This document shows positions 1 to 9,256 of a stretch of DNA of 64,000 nt, one piece after another. The stretch covers positions 64,001 through 128,000 of the forward strand of contig CAWJRG010000011.1 of assembly GCA_963845185.1 (NCBI GenBank), in the 5' to 3' direction. Below the pieces are notes generated by a model. The model did no database searches. It was not told the origin of the DNA and saw nothing but the letters and a program-made list of their open reading frames with translations. Origin of the DNA: an uncultured bacterium (GTDB lineage: Bacteria > Oederibacteriota > PGYV01 > CAWJRG01). A program made the translations under genes and the position numbers. Each line of letters opens with the position of its first letter. The stretch's first letter is position 1.

Positions 1-2091
1 AGCGTAAGTTGGTACCGGCCACAATTTTGCCGGCATTATTTTTTCCACAGAGTCAACATCGGTCCTGAGTTCGGCGCAACCCGTGAAAATTTTGTCCCTT
101 ACAAATTCCGCTTTTTTTGTCACGCTTTCAATGGACTGGGATGCAACAACGGCATCTTCGAGTTTCCTGGCTTTGCCGGATATTGAGTCGAGCATGGAGG
201 TTATTTCCTTTAAAAGCGCTGATTGGGTATCCGAGGTACCGCCGGCGGATTTAATTTCCGTGATTGTTTCCGCAAGCTGCCTGGTAAATTTAATTAACGC
301 CGGAATATATAGGGTTTTTGCCATTTTCAGCGCTGTCTGCGCCTCTATGTTAACAACCTTTATGTAGTGTTCTATGTAAACATCGTACCTTGAATGAAGC
401 TCCTCTTTGGAAAGCACGTTGTATTTTGAGAAGAGGTCCTCTGCTTCTTTGCCGGTGAAAACTTTATGCGCGTCAACCATGTTCTTGACATTCGGCAAAC
501 CGCGTTTTTCAGCTTCTTTCACCCATTCTTCCGAGTAGTTGTTGCCGTTAAAAATTATCCTGCTGTGGGCTTTAATTACATCCTTTAAAATAGCGGCAAC
601 TTCAGCATTGGTATCTTTGGATTTTTCCAGCCTGGTGGCAAATTCGTCAAGGGTTTCAGCCACTATTGTATTGAGGACGAAGTTCGGCGTGGCAATTGAG
701 GCTGACGCGCCGACCATCCTGAACTCGAATTTGTTTCCCGTGAAAGCAAAAGGCGAAGTCCTGTTCCTGTCCGAGTTATCCTTCGGGAAAACAGGCAGTG
801 AATCGACGCCGATTTTTATGGGCGCGTTGGTGAACCCGGCAACTTTCCTACCTTCTGCTATTGCCATAACTGTCTCTGTGATCTGGTCCCCAAGGAACAT
901 TGAAATGATTGCCGGAGGCGCTTCGTTGGCCCCGAGCCTGTGGTCGTTGCCGGGTGTCGCGGCAGCTGCCCGTAAAAGATCGGAATGTTTGTCGACCGCG
1001 TTTATCAGGGCGGATAAGAAGATTAAAAACTGCGCGTTGTCGTGTGGGTTATCGCCGGGTTCTAGGAGGTTTAAATCATCGTCTGTGGAGAGCGACCAGT
1101 TATTGTGCTTGCCTGAACCATTTATGCCCGCATAAGGCTTCTCGTGAAGAAGGCATACAAGGCCGTAGCGCAGCGCCACTTTTTGCATTGTTTCCATCGC
1201 GAGCTGGTTGTGGTCAACGGCAAGATTCAGGTTTTCAAATACAGGCGCCATTTCAAACTGGGCAGGGGCAACTTCGTTGTGCCTGGTTTTTGATGGAATG
1301 CTAAGCTTCCATAACTCAAGGTCAAGATCGGTCATGAATGCGGAGACGCTGTCTTTTATTGAGCCTAAATACTGGTCTTCAAGTTCCTGGCCTTTTGGCG
1401 AGGGAGCGCCGAAAAGCGTCCTGCCGCAAAGCATCAGGTCTATCCTTTTCAGGAAAAGCTCCCTGTCAATCAGGAAGTATTCCTGTTCCGGCCCGAGAGT
1501 GGCAAATACTTTTTTTGATGTTTTATTTCCCATGGCGCGGAGGACCCTTAAAGCTTGTTTTGATACGGCGTCTATGGACCTTAAAACAGGGATCTTTTTA
1601 TCAAGCGCGACTCCTGTATATGAGTAAAAAGCCGTTGGAATACACAGGGTGACATCGCCGTCCGCGTCTTCTTTTAGGAAGGCCGGGGAAGAAGAATCCC
1701 ACACGGTATAGCCGCGGGCCTCAAATGTCGCGCGTAATCCGCCTGACGGGAATGACGAAGCGTCCGGTTCGCCCTTTATCAGCTGCTTGCCTGAGAATTC
1801 AAGCACGACGCCGCCGTCTTTGGCAGGCGAGATAAATGAATCATGCTTTTCCGCCGTTGTGTCAGTGAGCGGCTGAAACCAGTGTGTGTAATGCGTAGCC
1901 CCCCTTTCAATTGCCCAGTCCTTAATATCGTCGGCCACGACTTTTGCCACTTCAAGAGTAAGCTGCTTGCCTTCATCTATGGTTTTTTTGAGTTCTGTAT
2001 AGGTTTTTTGGGGCAGCCTTTTTTTCATTAACCTGTCGTTGTAGACATTTGATCCAAAAACTTTTGTAAGGCTAAGCTTTTTCTTTTCCAT
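1..2091 (-). CDS. glnA: Glutamine synthetase type III (3' end runs off the window)
   Basis: Manual translation from ATG at 2091: MEKKKLSLTKVFGSNVYND...GATHYTHWFQPLT...AEKHDSF...GEPDASSFPSGGLRATFEARGYT. The same frame ends WPVPTYA at position 1. Missing from the ORF track because there is no stop in the window. Confidence 0.95.
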   Translation of the reverse strand, partial: MEKKKLSLTKVFGSNVYNDRLMKKRLPQKTYTELKKTIDEGKQLTLEVAKVVADDIKDWAIERGATHYTHWFQPLTDTTAEKHDSFISPAKDGGVVLEFSGKQLIKGEPDASSFPSGGLRATFEARGYTVWDSSSPAFLKEDADGDVTLCIPTAFYSYTGVALDKKIPVLRSIDAVSKQALRVLRAMGNKTSKKVFATLGPEQEYFLIDRELFLKRIDLMLCGRTLFGAPSPKGQELEDQYLGSIKDSVSAFMTDLDLELWKLSIPSKTRHNEVAPAQFEMAPVFENLNLAVDHNQLAMETMQKVALRYGLVCLLHEKPYAGINGSGKHNNWSLSTDDDLNLLEPGDNPHDNAQFLIFLSALINAVDKHSDLLRAAAATPGNDHRLGANEAPPAIISMFLGDQITETVMAIAEGRKVAGFTNAPIKIGVDSLPVFPKDNSDRNRTSPFAFTGNKFEFRMVGASASIATPNFVLNTIVAETLDEFATRLEKSKDTNAEVAAILKDVIKAHSRIIFNGNNYSEEWVKEAEKRGLPNVKNMVDAHKVFTGKEAEDLFSKYNVLSKEELHSRYDVYIEHYIKVVNIEAQTALKMAKTLYIPALIKFTRQLAETITEIKSAGGTSDTQSALLKEITSMLDSISGKARKLEDAVVASQSIESVTKKAEFVRDKIFTGCAELRTDVDSVEKIMPAKLWPVPTYA

Positions 2092-2391
2092 ATCCTTTCA
2101 CCTCTGCTTTAAAGTTTTGGGCTGCTAATGCAACCCATGGTCTAAGAAAAAATATAATAGAATGATTTATATTATCCGGTATCCGTAATAACAAAACCAA
2201 CCAGCCTATTTTCATCAGAAATTTTACTATAAAGGATGTTTAAATCAAGAAAAAATTTCCAGGGGGATTAGGTATCTGTTGAGGAGTAAGGGGCAAGGTG
2301 CGTATGTTGTATATTATACGAATGTTAGATTTTAGCATTTTTACCAAATAAGGCACAAGGCAGGGCCCTGGCACTTTTTTCCTTTTTAAAA

Positions 2392-3123
2392 TTATTGTTC
2401 CCCATCCTGCAAAATTTCAACCCGCACGTCCTTATCAACCATATCCCTGAAATTTCTCGCCACATTTTTGCCAAGCTGATAGTGCATTGGGATTGCCACG
2501 GCCGGTTTCATTTCGTTTATCATTGCCGCGGCCTGTTTCGGGTCCATGGCTGTCGCTCCCGTACCGATCGGTATCATGGCTACCGTGATTTCTTTTATCT
2601 CCTTCATTTCCGGTATAAGGTCGGTGTCGCCTGCGTGATAAACCCTGGCGCCGCCGAGCGTAAGTATATAACCAACGTATTTTGCCGGTTTTGGATGAAG
2701 GGTTAGCCATAAAAATCCGTGTTTTGTATTATAAGAAGCCGTGGTTTCACATTTCATGCCTCCCAGCTCAAAAATTTCACCCGGCTTGACTTCCTTCACG
2801 TTATACCCCGCCAGCTTTTTTACGGCCGGCTTCGGGCATACTATCAGCGTTTCTTTTTTTGTTATTTTCTTTATATTCGGCATGGACATATGGTCCATAT
2901 GGGGGTGAGTTATGAATATATAATCCGCCGGCTTTGCGTTTTCTATTATATAAGGGTCAAGATAAATGACCCTGCCTTTCCACTCTATCCTGAAGCTTGA
3001 CGGGAAAATATTCATCTTAATGAGCCCTGTCGTATGTATGGCCCCGGTGGATGTTATGGAAAAATCCCCGGGCATCTGGATGCTCCTTGTGTCGCCGCTG
3101 CTTTTGAAATTAATCAATGCCAT
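2392..3123 (-). CDS. MBL-fold metallo-hydrolase (UPF0173/lactamase_B_3-like)
   Basis: THPHMDH, YHAGDT and IPMHY motifs. ATG at 3123 is preceded by AGGAGA; the ORF track extends the start to 3159. Confidence 0.85.
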   Translation of the reverse strand: MALINFKSSGDTRSIQMPGDFSITSTGAIHTTGLIKMNIFPSSFRIEWKGRVIYLDPYIIENAKPADYIFITHPHMDHMSMPNIKKITKKETLIVCPKPAVKKLAGYNVKEVKPGEIFELGGMKCETTASYNTKHGFLWLTLHPKPAKYVGYILTLGGARVYHAGDTDLIPEMKEIKEITVAMIPIGTGATAMDPKQAAAMINEMKPAVAIPMHYQLGKNVARNFRDMVDKDVRVEILQDGEQ

Positions 3124-3180
3124 TGTATTTTCTCCTAATTCCGCGATGATAAGTCTCATTGCAATTTGATAATGTCATTA

Positions 3181-3209
3181 ATTATATTCCCCTAAAAACG
3201 CCTTGTCAA
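3181..3209 (-). promoter_or_regulatory. Sigma70-type promoter
   Basis: Minus strand TTGACA-N17-TATAAT, perfect consensus, upstream of the MBL gene. Confidence 0.75.
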
Positions 3210-3262
3210 GCAAGCTAAATTTGCCCAATTTTAATTAAATGCCAGGCATATTATAATTCATT

Positions 3263-3290
3263 GTAGAGACGTTTTGCAAAACGTCTCTAC
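3263..3290. repeat. GTAG-type REP-like perfect palindrome
   Basis: GTAGAGACGTTTTGCAAAACGTCTCTAC, 28 bp, intergenic. Same outer arms and length as the IS target palindrome at 62037/63682. Confidence 0.8.
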
Positions 3291-3325
3291 TTTATTAAAT
3301 TTAATATATCGACATGTATAAAATA

Positions 3326-3356
3326 CAAAAGGCCAGGCAGATGCCCGGCCTTTTTG
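3326..3356 (-). terminator. Intrinsic terminator after ppdK
   Basis: AAAAGGCCAGGCA-GA-TGCCCGGCCTTTTT hairpin flanked by A and T runs. Confidence 0.75.
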
Positions 3357-3369
3357 CTTTAAAAATATA

Positions 3370-6165
3370 TTATTTGTCTTTTTCTTTTGTTTTTTTATTT
3401 TTCTTTGCCAGTTTGTCCTTTATCGCCGCGTGCGCAGCCGCAAGCCTCGCGATAGGAACCCTGTACGGCGAGCATGACACGTAATCAAGCCCTGTCCTGT
3501 GGCAGAACTCAACAGATGCCGGGTCCCCGCCGTGCTCCCCGCATATGCCTATTTTCAGTTTCGGCCTGGCCGAGCGTCCGAGCCTTACAGCCATGTCAAC
3601 GAGCTTTCCTACACCCTTCTGGTCCAGTGTCTGGAACGGATCCGCGTCAAATATTTTTTTGTCGATATACACCTTTGTGAACTTGCCCGAGTCGTCGCGC
3701 GAGAAGCCCAGCGTGGTCTGTGTCAGGTCGTTTGTCCCGAACGAGAAAAACTCGGCTTCTTTTGCTATTTCATCCGCCGTTATGGCAGCCCTCGGGATTT
3801 CTATCATGGTGCCCACCATGTACGGTATCTTTTTCCCTTTTTCAGCCATGACTTTGCCTGCTGTCTCATCCACGACTTTCTTCTGGTCAAGGAATTCCTT
3901 TACATTGCCCACAAGGGGAATCATTATTTCCGGCACAATTTTCTTGCCTTTATTGACAAGGTCAATCGCAGCTTCGATGATGGCGCGCGTCTGCATCTCG
4001 GTAATTTCAGGGTACGTTATGCCGAGCCTGCATCCCCTGTGCCCGAGCATCGGGTTGAATTCGTGCAGTTCCTCTACCCTGTGCAGCAGCTTTTTCGCCT
4101 TATCGAGGTCCGAACCTGCTCCAGTTATCAGGTCCAGGGATTTTTTCAGCATCTCATTTTGCATTGTCGTTTCGCCTTTAGCTTCCATCTTCGCCACTTC
4201 TACCATGAGTTCCTCGCGCTTGGGAAGGAATTCATGCAGCGGCGGGTCAAGGAACCTAATGGTCACGCCATAGCCTTCCATGGCCTCGAAAAGCCCGGAA
4301 AAATCGCTTCTCTGCATAGGCAGCAGCCTGTCAAGCGCCACCCTGCGGCCTGCTTCGTCGTTTGCCAGGATCATTGCCTGCATGTGCGGAAGTCTGTCTT
4401 CGGCGAAGAACATATGCTCGGTCCTGCACAATCCGATGCCCTGGGCCCCGAAATCAACCGCGACTTTTGCGTCCCTTGGTATGTCGGCGTTTGCCCTGAC
4501 TTTCAGCACTTTTACCTCGTCTACCCAGTTCATGAATGTGCCGAACTCGCCTTCCATTTTCGGCTCGGTTGTCGGGACTTTGCCCAAAAGTACCTGGCCC
4601 GTGGTCCCGTCAATGGATATCCAGTCCCCTTCCTTAACTACTATATCCTTGTCTTTTACCGTGAATTGTTTCGTGTGTTCGTCCACTTTCAAAGCCTCGC
4701 ACCCTGCAACGCAAACCTTGCCCATCTGCCTTGCTACGACAGCCGCGTGTGAAGTCGCGCCGCCGCGTGCAGTCAGGATGCCTGTAGCCTTATCCATGCC
4801 GTGTATGTCGTCAGGCGATGTCTCAAGCCTCACGAGTATCACTTTTTCGCCGCCTTCTGCCCATTTTACCGCGTCGTCCGCTGTGAACACAGCCTTGCCT
4901 GTCGCTGCGCCCGGTGACGCGTTTATGCCTTTTGCTATGACTTTTTTCTCGGCTTTCGGGTCAAATACGGGGTGCAGCAGCTGGTCAAGCTGAGCCGGCT
5001 CAACCCTGAGTATCGCTTCTTCCTTTGTTATGAGTTTCTCAGCCACCATGTCGACAGCCGCTCTTACCGCAGCCATACCCGTCCTTTTTCCCGAACGTGT
5101 CTGGAGCATGTAAAGCTTGCCTTTCTCAATGGTAAATTCGAAATCCTGCATGTCCTTATAATGTTTTTCAAGCCTTGTTGTAATTTCGCGGAGCTGCTTG
5201 TGCACTTCCGGCATTTCTTTTTCCAGCGCGGCAATAGGCTGGGGCGTCCTTATGCCTGCAACTACATCCTCACCCTGCGCGTTTAAAAGATATTCGCCGT
5301 AAAAAACTTTTTCACCATTTGCCGGATTTCTCGTGAACCCCACGCCCGTTCCCGAGTCATTGCCCATGTTTCCGAAAACCATTGCCTGCACATTTACAGC
5401 CGTACCGAGGTCATCGGATATGCCGTTGGCCTTCCTGTAATATATAGCCCTGTCGTTCATCCATGATTTGAACACGGCATCCCTGGCGCCGCGGAGCTGC
5501 TCGAGCGGGTCCTGCGGGAAGTCCCTGCCAAATTCCTTTTTCACAAAAGCCTTAAATTCCGATACCATGTCCTTGAAGTCTTCAGCGCCAAAGTCCACGT
5601 CGTATTTAATGCCTTTTTTCTCTTTCCTTATGTCTATTAAATGCTCAAATTTGGACTTTGAAAGGTCCATGACAACATCCGAGTACATCTGGATAAACCT
5701 TCTGTAGGAATCCCAGGCAAAGCGCGGGTTGTTTGTCCTTTTTATTATTGCCTGCACAGTCGTGTCGTTTATGCCAAGGTTCAATATTGTATCCATCATC
5801 CCGGGCATGGAAAATTTCGCGCCTGAGCGGACCGATACGAGCAGCGGATTCTCTTTGTCGGAGAATCGTTTTCCCTCGGTTTCTTCAAGCCTATGGACAT
5901 ACTTCATCATGTCTTCGTCAAGTCCCGCAGGTACTTTATTGCCATGCTTGAAAAAATATACGCATATTTCGGTTGTAATCGTGAATCCCGGCGGCACTGG
6001 AATGCCGGCATTGGTCATTTCAGCCAGCCCTGCGCCTTTTCCGCCCAGCAGGCCTTTCATATCGCCGTTGCCATCGGCCTTTCCGGCACCAAAAAAGTAA
6101 ATGTATTTGGCCCCTTTCCCCTTGCCTGCGGCTTTCTTTTGTTTTGCTTTTGCTTTTTTTGCCAT
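3370..6165 (-). CDS. ppdK: Pyruvate, phosphate dikinase
   Basis: LLGGKGAGLAEM, GGATSHAAVVAR (phospho-His), GIGLCRTEHMF and FSFGTNDLTQ motifs. Confidence 0.98.
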   Translation of the reverse strand: MAKKAKAKQKKAAGKGKGAKYIYFFGAGKADGNGDMKGLLGGKGAGLAEMTNAGIPVPPGFTITTEICVYFFKHGNKVPAGLDEDMMKYVHRLEETEGKRFSDKENPLLVSVRSGAKFSMPGMMDTILNLGINDTTVQAIIKRTNNPRFAWDSYRRFIQMYSDVVMDLSKSKFEHLIDIRKEKKGIKYDVDFGAEDFKDMVSEFKAFVKKEFGRDFPQDPLEQLRGARDAVFKSWMNDRAIYYRKANGISDDLGTAVNVQAMVFGNMGNDSGTGVGFTRNPANGEKVFYGEYLLNAQGEDVVAGIRTPQPIAALEKEMPEVHKQLREITTRLEKHYKDMQDFEFTIEKGKLYMLQTRSGKRTGMAAVRAAVDMVAEKLITKEEAILRVEPAQLDQLLHPVFDPKAEKKVIAKGINASPGAATGKAVFTADDAVKWAEGGEKVILVRLETSPDDIHGMDKATGILTARGGATSHAAVVARQMGKVCVAGCEALKVDEHTKQFTVKDKDIVVKEGDWISIDGTTGQVLLGKVPTTEPKMEGEFGTFMNWVDEVKVLKVRANADIPRDAKVAVDFGAQGIGLCRTEHMFFAEDRLPHMQAMILANDEAGRRVALDRLLPMQRSDFSGLFEAMEGYGVTIRFLDPPLHEFLPKREELMVEVAKMEAKGETTMQNEMLKKSLDLITGAGSDLDKAKKLLHRVEELHEFNPMLGHRGCRLGITYPEITEMQTRAIIEAAIDLVNKGKKIVPEIMIPLVGNVKEFLDQKKVVDETAGKVMAEKGKKIPYMVGTMIEIPRAAITADEIAKEAEFFSFGTNDLTQTTLGFSRDDSGKFTKVYIDKKIFDADPFQTLDQKGVGKLVDMAVRLGRSARPKLKIGICGEHGGDPASVEFCHRTGLDYVSCSPYRVPIARLAAAHAAIKDKLAKKNKKTKEKDK

Positions 6166-6262
6166 ATTTTTTGCCTCCTTGATTTATTTTAACCCTTGAT
6201 TTTAAAAAGGGCAAAAGCAGAATTTAATCTGCTTTGTTTTTGTTTTTTTAAACAACGGCGAG

Positions 6263-6291
6263 ATTATAACATAACACTTAAGCAATTTCAA
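6263..6291 (-). promoter_or_regulatory. Sigma70-type promoter for ppdK
   Basis: TTGAAA-N17-TATAAT with extended -10 (TGT TATAAT). Confidence 0.65.
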
Positions 6292-6311
6292 TAGTTTTCG
6301 GGATGATAAAC

Positions 6312-6346
6312 AAAAAAGCCCTTTCCCAGTTATGGGAAAGGGCTTT
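6312..6346 (-). terminator. Intrinsic terminator after ferredoxin
   Basis: AAAGCCCTTTCCCA-GTTA-TGGGAAAGGGCTTT perfect stem with a U-tract on the minus strand. Confidence 0.85.
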
Positions 6347-6361
6347 ATATAGGTAAATAAA

Positions 6362-6595
6362 TTATGCCCCGTCATCTCCTATTGAGTTTGTCGGGCATGA
6401 ATCCATTGATTCTTTGCACAATTTTTCCTCAGTCTCATTTGCCGGCTGTTTTGAAACATAAGCATGAGAGCCATCGTCATTTAATTTAAAATTATCAGGA
6501 GTTGTTCCTTCGCATACACCGCAAGCTATGCACTGATCGTCTATGTAATACTTGCCTGCAACATTTTCCGCAACTTTCGCGCTCTTATTCGCCAT
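6362..6595 (-). CDS. Single-cluster ferredoxin
   Basis: CIACGVC...CP motif, 77 aa, strong AGGAGG RBS. Confidence 0.92.
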   Translation of the reverse strand: MANKSAKVAENVAGKYYIDDQCIACGVCEGTTPDNFKLNDDGSHAYVSKQPANETEEKLCKESMDSCPTNSIGDDGA

Positions 6596-6731
6596 ATCGT
6601 CCTTCCTCCTTTACTGTATTTTCGAGTCGTTGAGAGGAATATATACTATTTTATATTTTTTTTCAAGCATTTTTTGCATCTTAAAACGCAATATCGGTAT
6701 ATGCTCTCTTAAAATCTATCCGTTAAAATTA

Positions 6732-7316
6732 TTAAATGTATTTTCTCAATTTGTCCGGCAAACTGCCCCTTAATATCTTTATCCCCTTGCCGGTCAAATC
6801 AATGACAGCCGATGCTTTGCCCTTCACAATATTATCGTTTATTACATAACCGTCACAAAGTTTTATAAGTTTCTTTTCGATATTGCGGAACAAAACCGGA
6901 GTCTTTTTACCTGAAACATTTGCGCTTGTGGCCGCAACCGGAGCGCCTACTTTTTTCATAATCCTATTTAATAATGAATACCTTATGACCCTTATGCCTA
7001 TTGTCCCCGCGGACAGGAATGTAAATGTTTTTTTGTATTTTGGGTTTAATTTCAGGATAACAGTATACGGGCCGGGCAAAAGTTTTTTTAACTTTACGCT
7101 TGATGAAAAGTTTACATTTGCATATTTTTTTATCGATTTTATATCCGGCAGGAATACCTGTAAAGGTTTTTTTTTGTTCCGTTTTTTTATTTTAAAAATC
7201 TTGTTTATTGCTTTTTTATCCGTAGCTTTTGCAAAGATACCGTAAACCGTGTCTGTGGGCAGGATAACCACGCCGTGGTTGTTAAAAATTTCAGGTATTT
7301 CGGATGCTTTAACCAC
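6732..7316 (-). CDS. tsaC: L-threonylcarbamoyladenylate synthase (Sua5/TsaC/YrdC)
   Basis: PTDTVYG, KxR...KPL, LLPGPYT and TSANVSG motifs. Confidence 0.9.
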   Translation of the reverse strand: MVKASEIPEIFNNHGVVILPTDTVYGIFAKATDKKAINKIFKIKKRNKKKPLQVFLPDIKSIKKYANVNFSSSVKLKKLLPGPYTVILKLNPKYKKTFTFLSAGTIGIRVIRYSLLNRIMKKVGAPVAATSANVSGKKTPVLFRNIEKKLIKLCDGYVINDNIVKGKASAVIDLTGKGIKILRGSLPDKLRKYI

Positions 7317-7842
7317 GGTTCTTGTTTTTATCTTCCAGGAATTTTTTTATTCCCTTTTTGCGCAGCTGCCTGTCTTTATTGTTGACTTTTTCAGCAAGCT
7401 CTTTTTTGAATTTTGCGAGCCTGGTTTTCATAGCCGGGTCTTTTATCGCGATTATTTCAGCCGCAAATATTGCGGCGTTAACCGCTCCCGGTTTTCCGAC
7501 AGCCATTGTTCCCACAGGTATGCCCTGCGGCATCTGCACCATTGAATACAAGGAATCAATGCCGGACAAAGCGCTGCTCATAGGCACCCCGATTACAGGT
7601 ATTGTTGTTTGCGCCGCAATAACCCCTGCTAAATGCGCAGCCCCGCCAGCAGCCGCTATAATTACATCGCATTTCTTATCTGAAACCTCTTTAAGAAAAA
7701 CTTTAACTTTATCCGGCGTCCTGTGCGCCGACGTTATACTGACAAAAGATTTAATGCCGAATTGCTCCAGTGCATCAATAGCTTCCTTCATTACAGGCAA
7801 ATCGCTGTCACTGCCCATTACCACCGCTACTTTACCAGTCAT
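7309..7842 (-). CDS. purE: N5-carboxyaminoimidazole ribonucleotide mutase
   Basis: MGSDSD, SAHRTP, AGGAAHLAG and SMVQMP motifs. Confidence 0.97.
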   Translation of the reverse strand: MTGKVAVVMGSDSDLPVMKEAIDALEQFGIKSFVSITSAHRTPDKVKVFLKEVSDKKCDVIIAAAGGAAHLAGVIAAQTTIPVIGVPMSSALSGIDSLYSMVQMPQGIPVGTMAVGKPGAVNAAIFAAEIIAIKDPAMKTRLAKFKKELAEKVNNKDRQLRKKGIKKFLEDKNKNRG

Positions 7843-7854
7843 GTAAACCTCCCA

Positions 7855-7912
7855 GTTTAATGTTTCCTGTTTAATGTTTGAAACTTTAAACTTTCAACTT
7901 TAATCATTGAAC
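7855..7912. repeat. Degenerate heptanucleotide tandem repeats in the purD-purE spacer
   Basis: gtttaat-gtttcct-gtttaat-gtttgaa followed by actttaa-actttca-actttaa-tcattga; the two halves are roughly inverted. Confidence 0.55.
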
Positions 7913-9184
7913 TTATTTTAATGCTCTTTTTGCTATATCTTTGCGAAAGTGCGCTCCTTCAAAAATGATATCGTTTATATCAGTGTACACCTTGTCTATG
8001 GCCTTTTTCAAGTCTTTGTCAAGCGACACGACATTAAGCACCCTGCCGCCCGACGATATTATATCCTTGCCGTTTTCCTTTGTCCCGGCGTGAAAAACCA
8101 GCGTGTCTTTATTATTTTTGAATTTTTCAAGTCCTGTTATTACCATGCCTTTCTCATAAACACCGGGATATCCCTTCGACGCCATAACTACGCATACGGC
8201 ATATTTATCCTCTATTTCCAGTTTTTGCGTGTTTAACCCGTCTCCGGCCGCTGCCATAAAAAGGTCTATAATATCGTTTTTAAGCAAAGGCAGCACTGCC
8301 TGCGTTTCCGGGTCACCAAACCTCACGTTATATTCAAGAACCTTTGGCCCGTCTTTTGTTATCATCAACCCTGCATATAATATACCTTTGTAAATAATGC
8401 CTTCGCTCTTTAAGGCGGCAATGGTGGGTTTAAGTATTTTTCCCATTATTTCATCCGAGAGTTTTTTATCAATAACCGGTGCCGGCGCATAAGCACCCAT
8501 GCCGCCCGTGTTCGGGCCTTTATCGCCGTCAAATATTCTTTTATGGTCCTGCGCGGCCGGCAGGGGCAATACCGTCTTTGAATCAACAATGGCCAGTATG
8601 CTTGCTTCGTCGCCCTCTAAAAACTCTTCCACAATAATCCTGTTTCCCGATTTGCCGAATTCTTTTTTTTCCATTATATTCTCAATGGCCTCTATTGCTT
8701 CTTTTTCATCATTGGCTATTATCACGCCTTTTCCTGCAGCCAGGCCGTCCGCTTTTATCACAACGGGGTATTTTTTATATGATTTTATGTATTTTTTTGC
8801 TGTATCGGAAGAATCAAATTCGCCGTAATCGGCAGTGGGTATCTTATACTTTTTTAATAAATTTTTGGTAAAAACCTTGCTTCCTTCAAGCATCGATGCG
8901 CTTTTATTCGGTCCAAAAACTTTTAACCCCTGCGACTCAAAAATGTCAACAATGCCGTTTACAAGCGGTATCTCGGGTCCGACAACGGTCAGGTCTATTG
9001 ATTTCTCCTTTGCAAATTTCAACAGCCCTGCAATATCGTCTGCCGCTATATTTATATTTTCCGCCTGTTCTTTTGTGCCGGCGTTCCCAGGCGCGCAGTA
9101 TATTTTACCGGCATTTTTACTTTTCGCAGCAGCCCATACCAGCGCATGCTCCCTGCCTCCGCTTCCTATAACCAGAACTTTCAT
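7913..9184 (-). CDS. purD: Phosphoribosylamine--glycine ligase
   Basis: MKVLVIGSGGREHAL start at 9184 with GGAGGA RBS; GPNTGGMGAY and EYNVRFGDPE motifs. Confidence 0.97.
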   Translation of the reverse strand: MKVLVIGSGGREHALVWAAAKSKNAGKIYCAPGNAGTKEQAENINIAADDIAGLLKFAKEKSIDLTVVGPEIPLVNGIVDIFESQGLKVFGPNKSASMLEGSKVFTKNLLKKYKIPTADYGEFDSSDTAKKYIKSYKKYPVVIKADGLAAGKGVIIANDEKEAIEAIENIMEKKEFGKSGNRIIVEEFLEGDEASILAIVDSKTVLPLPAAQDHKRIFDGDKGPNTGGMGAYAPAPVIDKKLSDEIMGKILKPTIAALKSEGIIYKGILYAGLMITKDGPKVLEYNVRFGDPETQAVLPLLKNDIIDLFMAAAGDGLNTQKLEIEDKYAVCVVMASKGYPGVYEKGMVITGLEKFKNNKDTLVFHAGTKENGKDIISSGGRVLNVVSLDKDLKKAIDKVYTDINDIIFEGAHFRKDIAKRALK

Positions 9185-9256
9185 TAATAAATCCTCCGGA
9201 TACAAAGTTTCTAGTTTCTTGTTTCTATCCTTCAATCTAACATCTACTATGTAGTA

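Noticed and set aside
83..2031. Several short ORFs in the track suggesting a fragmented region
   Set aside because: All overlap the type III glutamine synthetase, whose start and end are in one frame and which simply lacks a stop inside the window.
2073..2215. Upstream ORF and small hairpin (2118-2137) before glnA
   Set aside because: No RBS, no Gln-rich leader signature and no recognisable riboswitch or ANTAR motif.
3499..4993. Long plus-strand ORFs (up to 417 aa) opposite ppdK
   Set aside because: Antisense shadows of a conserved gene; no motifs or RBS recognised.
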